From Patescibacteria group bacterium (lineage in GTDB: Bacteria; Patescibacteriota; Minisyncoccia; Phycocordibacterales; UBA9973), in the NCBI GenBank assembly GCA_040390725.1, contig JAZJXT010000001.1, forward strand, positions 6,896 to 70,895: a DNA stretch of 64,000 bases, read 5' to 3'. Under the pieces are notes generated by a model that was given only the letters and a program-made list of their open reading frames with translations, did no database searches and was not told where the DNA came from. Numbering within the stretch: position 1 is the stretch's first letter; the number at the start of each line of letters is the position of its first letter. The position numbers were made by a program, and so were the translations under genes. Shown piece after piece: positions 1 through 9,016 of the stretch.

Positions 1-22
1 AAAAAAGTATTTTTTAGCAATA

Positions 23-46
23 TTTTGCAAAGTTTATTAGTATTGC
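23..46 (+). repeat. 24-bp direct repeat, copy 1 (copy 2 at 871-894)
   Basis: ttttgcaaagtttattagtattgc vs ttttgcaaagtttattagtcttgc, 23/24 identical. Confidence 0.85.
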
Positions 47-77
47 GTTAATCTTGACATTAATTGGGGTTTTCGTC

Positions 78-123
78 TGTGGATAACTTTGCTTGCCAAA
101 TGCCTGAGGGGGGGGGGTATTAT
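78..123 (+). promoter_or_regulatory. DnaA-box plus G10-spacer sigma70-type promoter, copy 1
   Basis: TGTGGATAA 78-86, TTGCCA 93-98, G10 108-117, TATTAT 118-123; paralogous module at 33689-33734. Confidence 0.6.
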
Positions 124-164
124 ATAGATGTCGGTTTAGAAATAGTTTAATTAACATAAAATAT

Positions 165-791
165 ATGGGTAAAGGAATGGAGAAAGGATATCATGCGGAT
201 TTAAATGAAAGAACAGAAAAAGTACAGGCAAAAATAAGAGCTGGTGGGGACGAGGCGCTTAGTGCTCAATCTGAACTTGGCAAAATTCAAAATGAAGCCA
301 ATGAAAACCTTATGGGCGAAGCATCGCTGGAGCTAAAAGATAGAGAAGAAAGAGAAAATGTTATATCTGAACTTACTGAAAAATATGGTTGGGAAAAATC
401 CGGGGAAAAATCCGAATCACTCAGTAAATTACTTAAATACGGAGGTGAGGAAGCTAAAATATTAGGGAATAGATGGAGTGCCGCCTACAATCGTTTTTTT
501 AATGATAGTGGGGGAAATAAAAATTTTGTTGATAATTTTAAATTAAAAACCCCTGAAGCTAGGCAGTACGAAAGAGAACATTATAATCAAGCTTTTAATA
601 GTTTTAATCTTTCTAATTATGATTGTAAATTTCTTTATAATAGATTTATGAATCAGCTAACAATGGAAGAGCTAAAACTTTTAGAGAAAATAGCAGAAAT
701 AAAAGATGTTTTTTTTGAAGGACATGTGGGTGAAGATTGTCGCTTAAGAATTGATCTTTCTACTCCTAAATATGAAACTTCGGCAGATTAA
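165..791 (+). CDS. hypothetical protein (orphan, charged/helical)
   Basis: 208-aa ORF with its own promoter and downstream hairpin; no recognisable motif. Confidence 0.7.
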   Translation: MGKGMEKGYHADLNERTEKVQAKIRAGGDEALSAQSELGKIQNEANENLMGEASLELKDREERENVISELTEKYGWEKSGEKSESLSKLLKYGGEEAKILGNRWSAAYNRFFNDSGGNKNFVDNFKLKTPEARQYEREHYNQAFNSFNLSNYDCKFLYNRFMNQLTMEELKLLEKIAEIKDVFFEGHVGEDCRLRIDLSTPKYETSAD

Positions 792-804
792 TTTCTATTG
801 ATTT

Positions 805-829
805 TTGCCGGACGTCCAACGTCCGGCAA
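805..829 (+). terminator. hairpin, probable intrinsic terminator
   Basis: ttgccggacgt-cca-acgtccggcaa, 11-bp stem flanked by T-runs. Confidence 0.65.
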
Positions 830-837
830 TTTTTGGT

Positions 838-872
838 TTACTTAAAATAGAGTGATCGCAGAAATTTAAGTT
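838..872 (+). repeat. 35-bp dispersed element, copy 1 (copy 2 at 6832-6866)
   Basis: ttacttaaaatagagtgatcgcagaaatttaagtt; 32/35 identical to copy 2. Confidence 0.8.
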
Positions 873-900
873 TTGCAAAGTTTATTAGTCTTGCTATAAT
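873..900 (+). promoter_or_regulatory. promoter with extended -10, leaderless configuration
   Basis: TTGCAA-16nt-TATAAT with TG upstream, 6 nt before ATG 907. Confidence 0.65.
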
Positions 901-906
901 GTCAAA

Positions 907-2103
907 ATGCAAACACCAAAAGTATCAAACAGGGGAGTTAACGTCATAGCTTCGCCACTTCGCAAGTTCTTGCCCTTCGTGCAGGATGCGGAGAATAGGG
1001 GGATAAAAGTCTATAAATTAAATACAGGGGATCCGGATCTAGATACACCGGCGGAGTTTTTTAATGAGATTAAGAATTATAAAAGCAAGAATTTGCCTTA
1101 TGCGCCGAGCCCGGGGATTTCCGAGCATATGACTGCTTGGCAGAAATACTACAAACAATTCGGCGTGGAGCTAGAAAAATCAGAAATGATTCCAACTGTC
1201 GGTTGTGCTGAAGCGATACTGCTTGCGTTAATGGCGGCTGCCGATGTCGGTGATGATGTTTTAGTTTTCGAACCTTTATATGTGAGCTATAAATCTTTTG
1301 CAGTGATGCTAGGCATTAACCTCGTGCCTATTACCTTAAAAACTTCTGAGAATTTTGTTTTACCAACAGAGGAAGAAATACAAAATAAAATAACCCCGAA
1401 AACTCGCGCGATAGTCATCATCAACCCTGACAACCCTACCGGCAAGCTTTGGACCGACGAAGAACTTTCCAAAATTTTAAATATTGCGAAAAAGAATAAT
1501 ATTTTTGTAATTGCGGATGAGACTTATCGCGAGATACGTTTCAAAGGCGAGCCGTCTTGTTTATTAACTCAAAAAGAATACAGTGAAAATATTATTTTGG
1601 TGGATAGTGTTTCCAAAAGATTTTCAATGCCCGGCGCACGCGTCGGCTGTGTGGCTTCTTATAATAAAGAGGTTATGAATGCTGTTTTGAAATTTGCGCA
1701 GGCACGCCTTTCAGTCGGAACACTCGAACAATACGGGCTCATTCCGCTTCTTGAGAATTCTAAAAAATACACCGACCCGGTAAAAGTAGAATATGAAAAA
1801 AGATGCGAAGTAGTTTATCAATCTTTGGCGAATGTTCCCGGCGTAGTGGTGAACAGGCCTTTCGGAGCATTTTATATTTATGCCGGTTTGCCTGTAGACT
1901 CTGCAGAAGAATTCGTAAAGTTTTTGATAAGAGATTTTTCTGACAACAACGAAACGGTGATGATCTCCCCAATGCCTGATTTTTATATCACACCTGGGCT
2001 AGGTAAGAACGAAATCCGCATCGCCTATGTCCTCGAATCAGACAAATTAAAACGTGCAATGGAAATCTTGGTTAAAGGATTGAATGCTTATTTAAAAAGA
2101 TAG
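907..2103 (+). CDS. PLP-dependent aminotransferase class I/II (aspartate aminotransferase-like)
   Basis: LNTGDPD, NPDNPTG, DETY and SVSKRFSMPGARVG (PLP lysine) motifs. Confidence 0.93.
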   Translation: MQTPKVSNRGVNVIASPLRKFLPFVQDAENRGIKVYKLNTGDPDLDTPAEFFNEIKNYKSKNLPYAPSPGISEHMTAWQKYYKQFGVELEKSEMIPTVGCAEAILLALMAAADVGDDVLVFEPLYVSYKSFAVMLGINLVPITLKTSENFVLPTEEEIQNKITPKTRAIVIINPDNPTGKLWTDEELSKILNIAKKNNIFVIADETYREIRFKGEPSCLLTQKEYSENIILVDSVSKRFSMPGARVGCVASYNKEVMNAVLKFAQARLSVGTLEQYGLIPLLENSKKYTDPVKVEYEKRCEVVYQSLANVPGVVVNRPFGAFYIYAGLPVDSAEEFVKFLIRDFSDNNETVMISPMPDFYITPGLGKNEIRIAYVLESDKLKRAMEILVKGLNAYLKR

Positions 2104-2106
2104 AAT

Positions 2107-2134
2107 TTGACATTATTTTTTAATTTGCTAGTAT
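2107..2134 (+). promoter_or_regulatory. tuf/S10 operon promoter
   Basis: TTGACA-16nt-TAGTAT with TG; same design at 13623-13650. Confidence 0.65.
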
Positions 2135-2263
2135 ATGACCTAACTGCACTTTTGGCAGTTTTTATATTGGTTTTTTTAAAAATTATTAGTTTAATTAAGT
2201 TAGTGACTAGGCCTTAGCAACTGGTTCTCGTATGCTGAGTTTTAGCCATTAAATAATAAATAT

Positions 2264-3457
<1,194 letters not shown>

Positions 3458-3467
3458 TTCGGTTAGG

Positions 3468-3497
3468 CCCGATGTCGGACATATGTCCGACATCGGG
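3468..3497. repeat. 30-bp perfect palindrome, REP-like family
   Basis: cccgatgtcggacat|atgtccgacatcggg; relatives at 16448-16488 and 41707-41729. Confidence 0.9.
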
Positions 3498-3505
3498 ACA
3501 AATTT

Positions 3506-3898
3506 ATGACAACAGAAGAAACAAAAATAAAAAAAGTGAAAACAGCAAAGGCAAAGTCTTCTTCTAAAAAAGAAAAGACTGGCGATGAGGGAGCAGTTGT
3601 TCTTCGCATCAGAGTTCGTGCTTACGAGAGCAAGATCTTGGATGCGTCGGTAAAGCAAATCATCGACACGGCTATGCGTTATGATGCAAAGATTGTAGGA
3701 CCAGTACCTCTTCCGACTGAGATAAAAAAATACACGGTGAACCGCGCTTCTTTTATTTACAAAAATGCGCGAGAACAATTCGAAATGCGAATACACAAAA
3801 GAGTTATCGACATTTTGAATCCCGGAGCAAAGACAATCGAGGCGCTTACCAATTTATCTTTACCTTCCGGTGTTGATATTGACGTAAAGATGCTATAA
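3506..3898 (+). CDS. rpsJ: 30S ribosomal protein S10 with Lys-rich N-terminal extension
   Basis: LRIRVRAY, GPVPLPT, REQFEMRIHKR. Confidence 0.98.
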   Translation: MTTEETKIKKVKTAKAKSSSKKEKTGDEGAVVLRIRVRAYESKILDASVKQIIDTAMRYDAKIVGPVPLPTEIKKYTVNRASFIYKNAREQFEMRIHKRVIDILNPGAKTIEALTNLSLPSGVDIDVKML

Positions 3899-3905
3899 AA
3901 AATAT

Positions 3906-4529
3906 ATGAAATTCATTCTTGGAACAAAAGAAAATATGACGGAGTATTTCTCTGAAGACGGCACAGTTATTCCTGTGACTATTATTTCAGCTGGCCCTGT
4001 GATTGTGACTCGTGTTTTTGAGGCGTCTAAGGACGGATACAATGCAGTGCAGGTAGGCTTTGGAACTCAAAAAGACAGCAGAATTGCAAAAGCTCAAAAG
4101 GGTGAGAAGGCTCAAATGAAAGGTGGACTTTACAGAACTTTGAAAGAATTCAGATTAAAACCTACTGATACTAATGATGCAAAAGAAGGCGATGTTATTG
4201 ATGTTTCCGCTTTTGCTCCGGGTGATAAATTACAAGTTTCCGGTGTTTCAAAAGGTAAAGGTTTTCAAGGTGTTGTCAAAAGACACGGTTTCGGGGGAGG
4301 TCCTCGTACACACGGTCAAAAGCACTCTGAAAGAGAGCCGGGAAGTATCGGAGGAGGTCTTCGTACACACGTGCCAAAAGGCATGCGTATGGCTGGTAGA
4401 ATGGGTTCCGATAGAATTACTTACAAGAATTTGAAAGTTGTTTACGTTGATCAAGAAAATAACGTTATGCTTATCAAAGGCGCATTACCAGGAAAGAGAG
4501 GTACTTTAATTGAAATAGTTTCAAGATAA
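3906..4529 (+). CDS. rplC: 50S ribosomal protein L3
   Basis: SKGKGFQGVVKRHGF, GMRMAGRMG; operon position. Confidence 0.98.
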   Translation: MKFILGTKENMTEYFSEDGTVIPVTIISAGPVIVTRVFEASKDGYNAVQVGFGTQKDSRIAKAQKGEKAQMKGGLYRTLKEFRLKPTDTNDAKEGDVIDVSAFAPGDKLQVSGVSKGKGFQGVVKRHGFGGGPRTHGQKHSEREPGSIGGGLRTHVPKGMRMAGRMGSDRITYKNLKVVYVDQENNVMLIKGALPGKRGTLIEIVSR

Positions 4530-4533
4530 TAAT

Positions 4534-5193
4534 ATGGAAGCAAAAATATACAATCAGAAAGGGGTAGAAGCAGGGAAGATAACTCTTCCGGCAAAAGTTT
4601 TTTCCGCAAAATGGCGCGCTGACTTGGTGCACCAAGTTGTAGAAGGAATGCGTTCAAACAAGCGCGCTGGCACAGCTGACACAAAAGGACGCGGTGAAGT
4701 TCGTGGAGGAGGCAAGAAGCCTTGGAAACAAAAAGGTACAGGACGCGCTCGTCACGGATCTTCTCGTTCACCTATCTGGGTGGGTGGAGGTGTCACACAC
4801 GGTCCTTTGGCTGAGAAAAATTACAAGAGAAAAATCACTCGCAGTATGCGCGCGCAAGCATTGTTCTCAGTGCTTTCCAAGAAATTCAAAGACGGCGAAA
4901 TTATTTTTGTTGATACTCTGGCACCATCTGACATTAAGACAAAAACAGCTTTGGAAACAATGAAGAATTTATCAAAAGCAACAGGCGCAAAGCCATTGGC
5001 AAATTCAAAGAAGCCTAGAGTTTTGGTGGCATTGGGAGGACGCAGTGAAAAGACTGAAAAAAGTTACCGCAATTTGCCTCAGCTCGAAATAGCTTTTCTT
5101 AAAAATATAAACCCGTTAGACGTTTTGAATTATCAATATCTTTTAATCGAGAATCCGGAAGAATCCGTAAAGTTTTTGGAGGCCCGCGGTTAA
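4534..5193 (+). CDS. rplD: 50S ribosomal protein L4
   Basis: KPWKQKGTGRARHGS. Confidence 0.98.
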   Translation: MEAKIYNQKGVEAGKITLPAKVFSAKWRADLVHQVVEGMRSNKRAGTADTKGRGEVRGGGKKPWKQKGTGRARHGSSRSPIWVGGGVTHGPLAEKNYKRKITRSMRAQALFSVLSKKFKDGEIIFVDTLAPSDIKTKTALETMKNLSKATGAKPLANSKKPRVLVALGGRSEKTEKSYRNLPQLEIAFLKNINPLDVLNYQYLLIENPEESVKFLEARG

Positions 5194-5206
5194 TTTTTAA
5201 ATTTTT

Positions 5207-5491
5207 ATGTCAAAAATAATTTCAATGAAAATAATAAATAAGCCGAGAGTTACCGAGAAGTCTTCTATGTTAGCAGAAGCGAATATTTACAGTTTCAATG
5301 TTGCAAAGAGTACCACAAAAAGTGAAATCAAAAAGGCAATTTTTGAACTTTACAAAGTAAAGCCTGTCAAAGTAAATACGATTTCATTTGCCGGAAAGAA
5401 GATAACAGTACGCGGTAAAAAAGGAGTAAAAGCGGGAGGCAAGAAAGCTTTCGTTTATTTGAAAAAAGGGGATAAGATAGAAGTAATTTAA
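5207..5491 (+). CDS. rplW: 50S ribosomal protein L23
   Basis: KPRVTEKS, KKAFVYLKKG; operon position; start may be 5225. Confidence 0.95.
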   Translation: MSKIISMKIINKPRVTEKSSMLAEANIYSFNVAKSTTKSEIKKAIFELYKVKPVKVNTISFAGKKITVRGKKGVKAGGKKAFVYLKKGDKIEVI

Positions 5492-5502
5492 ATTAAAATA
5501 AG

Positions 5503-6351
5503 ATGAAAACATACAAACCTACAAGTAAATCAAGAAGACAAATGACCAACGTCACTTATCGTGGTGTTCTGACAAAAACAGAACCTACGAAATCTTTGAC
5601 GCACGGTTTCCGCCGATCAGTCGGACGCAATAGCCAAGGACGCATTACCACTCGCCACAAAGGTGCAGGACACAAGCGTTTGTATCGCGATGTTGATTTC
5701 TTATACGATAAAAAAGATATTCCTGCGAAGATAACATCCGTAGAATACGATCCAAACCGTTCCGCATTCATCGGACTCGCTGTTTATGCTGATGGTGAAA
5801 AGAGATATGTAGTTCTTCCTAAGTCAGTAAGACCTGGAGACAAATTTCTAGTTTCCGAAAAAGCAGAAGTTTCCACAGCAAACAGATTACCTTTGAAAAA
5901 TATTCCTGTCGGTACTTTTGTTTACAATGTTGAGATAAAGCCTCGCGGTGGAGCAAAGATAGGCCGTTCAGCGGGAATCTTCGCGCAAGTTGTGGCAAAT
6001 GCTGACGGTTATACAAACTTGAAAATGCCTTCTACTGAAGTTCGCAAAGTTTCTGAGAATTGTTGGGCATGCGTAGGTACAGTTTCAAACGAAGAACATC
6101 ATTTGGAAAATTACGGTAAAGCGGGACGTTCTCGATGGAAAGGTATTCGTCCGACAGTTCGTGGTACTGCTATGAACCCTGTGGATCACCCATACGGAGG
6201 AGGTGAAGGCCGACAAGGACGCGGAACAAAGCGACCAAAAACAATGTGGGGTAAAGTTACCGGAGGACGCAAGACCAGAACTCCAAAGAAATATTCAAAC
6301 GTATTCATCGTCTCTCGCCGAAAGACAGGCAAGTCTCGAAAATCTCAATAA
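5503..6351 (+). CDS. rplB: 50S ribosomal protein L2
   Basis: EYDPNRSA, RPTVRGTAMNPVDHPYGGGEG. Confidence 0.99.
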   Translation: MKTYKPTSKSRRQMTNVTYRGVLTKTEPTKSLTHGFRRSVGRNSQGRITTRHKGAGHKRLYRDVDFLYDKKDIPAKITSVEYDPNRSAFIGLAVYADGEKRYVVLPKSVRPGDKFLVSEKAEVSTANRLPLKNIPVGTFVYNVEIKPRGGAKIGRSAGIFAQVVANADGYTNLKMPSTEVRKVSENCWACVGTVSNEEHHLENYGKAGRSRWKGIRPTVRGTAMNPVDHPYGGGEGRQGRGTKRPKTMWGKVTGGRKTRTPKKYSNVFIVSRRKTGKSRKSQ

Positions 6352-6357
6352 CATCCA

Positions 6358-6384
6358 TAAAAAGCGCCGATTGGCGCTTTTTAG
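6358..6384. terminator. bidirectional intrinsic terminator after rplB
   Basis: aaaaagcgcc-gatt-ggcgcttttt; duplicated at 7104-7131. Confidence 0.8.
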
Positions 6385-6444
6385 TTAACTATATTTTATT
6401 TATTGCCTATTGCAAAAGATTATATAAAATAATATAATTGAAAG

Positions 6445-6795
6445 ATGAGTGAACAATTGGGCATGAGTAATAATTCAAAACCACTAGAAAAATCAAATGA
6501 TTTATCATTTGATCCATTTAACCTTAACCTTGCCCCAATACAAATAGGAACTTCACAAGTTAATGGTAATAAACTATTTCAAGATCACGTTGTAATAGCA
6601 TACAGAATGCTTGCATCAGGAGATAAAAAAATAACTTATAAGTCAATTGTTGAAAAAATTATAGAACTTTACCACTACCCTAATGATAAACTTTTACACG
6701 ACTCAATAGGGAAAATTTTTAGTAAATTAGATCTCGATACTAATAAAGTGCTTAGGTATAATGATTTAGAAGATAAATTCAAACCATTTAGTTAG
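6445..6795 (+). CDS. hypothetical protein (orphan)
   Basis: 116-aa ORF, TATAAT 6 nt before ATG. Confidence 0.6.
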   Translation: MSEQLGMSNNSKPLEKSNDLSFDPFNLNLAPIQIGTSQVNGNKLFQDHVVIAYRMLASGDKKITYKSIVEKIIELYHYPNDKLLHDSIGKIFSKLDLDTNKVLRYNDLEDKFKPFS

Positions 6796-6831
6796 ATAGA
6801 AACTTTCAAGGATAGTCCTTTAGAAAGAAAA

Positions 6832-6866
6832 TTACTTAAAACAGAGCGATCGCAGAAAATTAAGTT
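6832..6866 (+). repeat. 35-bp dispersed element, copy 2
   Basis: ttacttaaaacagagcgatcgcagaaaattaagtt. Confidence 0.8.
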
Positions 6867-6924
6867 CTTTGCGTGTTTTTAGTTTTTATTTGGTGGTTTT
6901 TTGCTTGTGTGATATAATGTTGGA

Positions 6925-7095
6925 ATGATAACTGATTTTGTATTGAAACAATTAAATAAAGCTAAATACAAGACATTAGCAGACGGCACTTGTTTTGCTT
7001 CTATTCTCGGAATTAAAGGTGTTTGGGCAAATGCAAAGAATAAAAAACTTTGCCAAAAAGAACTACAAGAAGTACTTTCAGAATTCTCTCAATAA
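6925..7095 (+). pseudogene. C-terminally truncated HicB-like antitoxin (56 aa, not in ORF track)
   Basis: Read by hand: MITDFVLKQLNKAKYKTLADGTCFASILGIKGVWANAKNKKLCQKELQEVLSEFSQ; GVWANA..ELQEVL pattern is HicB-like; ends in the duplicated rplB 3' end. Confidence 0.65.
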
Positions 7096-7103
7096 TAATA
7101 TCC

Positions 7104-7131
7104 CTAAAAAGCGCCAATTGGCGCTTTTTAG
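7104..7131. terminator. second copy of the rplB terminator (28-bp perfect palindrome)
   Basis: ctaaaaagcgccaattggcgctttttag. Confidence 0.8.
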
Positions 7132-7159
7132 CTTTTTGTGTTATATTTAAAGGGCTTTT

Positions 7160-7915
7160 ATGGAAACACAGAAAAATATAGTGATAATAGGCGGTGGAGT
7201 GATGGGCGAATGTATCGCTTCAGCTATTTTGAGTGCAAAAAATAATTGGAAGGTTGGTGTTATTGGAAGAAATGACAATAAAACAAAAATTCAAAATGCG
7301 GACGTGATTATTTTAGCTGTAAAGCCTCAGTCATTTTTAGAATTGGCAAAAGAAATAAAAGGGTTCGTGCCGAAGAATGCTTTATGTATTTCTGTGATGG
7401 TAGGTATAACTTTGGCGAGTATCAAAAAAGAATTGGGAGTTGAGAGGGTTATCCGCTCAATGCCGAACTTGGGCGCGCGGATTTTAGAATCAATGACCGT
7501 CTGGACTGGGACAAAAAATTTAACAAAAATAGATAAAACTTTTGCCGAGGAACTTTTTTCACTATTAGGGAAAAATGTTTATGTGAAAAATGAAGATATG
7601 GTGGACAAGGCTACAGCAGTAAACGGCAGTGGTCCGGGTTTTATGTTTTCATTTATTGAAAGTTACATCGAGGGTGCAGTAAAGCTCGGTTTTTCTAAAA
7701 AAGACGCGACCATTTTTGCTAAGCAAGTTTTGAAAGCTACAAATACTTTATTGCAAGAAAAAAATACAGATGTAAAAACTTTGCGCGAACAAGTGACTTC
7801 AAAAGGAGGCACGACAGAAGCAGGATTAAAAATATTAATGGATAAATCTTTTAAAAATAAAATTTCCGGTGCTTTAGAAAAAGCATATAAACGTGCGAAA
7901 GAATTATCAAAATAA
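7160..7915 (+). CDS. proC: pyrroline-5-carboxylate reductase
   Basis: IIGGGVMG, LAVKPQ, RSMPN, VTSKGGTTEAG. Confidence 0.95.
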   Translation: METQKNIVIIGGGVMGECIASAILSAKNNWKVGVIGRNDNKTKIQNADVIILAVKPQSFLELAKEIKGFVPKNALCISVMVGITLASIKKELGVERVIRSMPNLGARILESMTVWTGTKNLTKIDKTFAEELFSLLGKNVYVKNEDMVDKATAVNGSGPGFMFSFIESYIEGAVKLGFSKKDATIFAKQVLKATNTLLQEKNTDVKTLREQVTSKGGTTEAGLKILMDKSFKNKISGALEKAYKRAKELSK

Positions 7916-7919
7916 ATTT

Positions 7920-9002
7920 ATGCGATTAGTAATAAAAATAGGAACATATGCAATATTTAACGAGAAAGGTCTCGATCTTTCTCGTATTAAACAGATAACG
8001 AGTGAGATAGCTGAACTAATGAAAATGGGACATGAAGTTATTTTGGTTAGTTCTGGTGCTGCTGGATACGGAATGCATAAAATTCCAGAGCTCGGTCCTC
8101 CATTCAGGAAAAAAATTTGGGCATCAGTCGGTCAGCCTATGATATTTAATAGTTATATGCGTGAAGCCGAAGAACATGGTTTTTCTGTCGGGCAAATGCT
8201 TTTACTTCGCGATGATTTTACTAATCGTGAAAGTTTTTCTAACATGACCGGTGTCATCGAATCAATGCTCGCATTTAAAATTTTACCAATACTAAATGAA
8301 AATGATGTTTTAAAAACTGAAGATTTAACGGTGGGGGACAATGATATTTTATCTGCAATGGTGGCCATAGCTTTGTCTGCTGATAAGCTAATAATAATAA
8401 CCAATAAAGATGGGCTATTTAGTGATAACCCAGACAAGAATAAAGATGCGGAATTAATAAAAGTTGTTTCCGATATTGATTTCGAAATCGAGAAATTTTG
8501 TTCAAAAGAAAAATCAAATCTCGGTACGGGCGGAATGCTTTCGAAAGTTCGCGCCGCGAAGCATGCAGTTTCTTCCGGGGTGGAAGTACTCTTAGGTAAC
8601 GGTACAAAAAAAGGAATAATTTTATCTACTTTGGAAAAAGATTTTTATGGTACGAGGTTTGTACCTAGTGAAAAAATTTCTATGAATGAAGCAAAGAGGT
8701 GGATGATGGCGACAAAAGGTGTAGGGCTGTTGGCTATTGATGACGGTGCGATAGAGGCTTTGCGTGGGGGCAAGAGTTTGCTTTTACCGGGGCTTATTTC
8801 CGCTAAGGGAGAATTTTCTGCGGGAGAGATAGTGGAAGTTGTTTCAAAATTCGGGCAAGCGGTAGCATATGGCAGAGTTAATTATCCTGCAAATGAAATA
8901 AAAAAAGCTATAATTACTCAGAAAAAATCACTAGAGAAAGGCGTGAGAATTTTAGAAAAAGAAATAATTCATCGTGATTATATGGTAATCTTAAAGAAGT
9001 AA
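7920..9002 (+). CDS. proB: glutamate 5-kinase with C-terminal PUA domain
   Basis: LVIKIGT, VSSGA, NENDV, GDNDILSA, GTGGMLSK, SLLLPG; start moved to ATG 7920. Confidence 0.96.
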   Translation: MRLVIKIGTYAIFNEKGLDLSRIKQITSEIAELMKMGHEVILVSSGAAGYGMHKIPELGPPFRKKIWASVGQPMIFNSYMREAEEHGFSVGQMLLLRDDFTNRESFSNMTGVIESMLAFKILPILNENDVLKTEDLTVGDNDILSAMVAIALSADKLIIITNKDGLFSDNPDKNKDAELIKVVSDIDFEIEKFCSKEKSNLGTGGMLSKVRAAKHAVSSGVEVLLGNGTKKGIILSTLEKDFYGTRFVPSEKISMNEAKRWMMATKGVGLLAIDDGAIEALRGGKSLLLPGLISAKGEFSAGEIVEVVSKFGQAVAYGRVNYPANEIKKAIITQKKSLEKGVRILEKEIIHRDYMVILKK

Positions 9003-9016
9003 ATTGAAATAGAATT

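Noticed and set aside
78-86. Replication origin from DnaA boxes
   Set aside because: Single isolated boxes inside promoter modules, with no cluster and no dnaA/dnaN in view.
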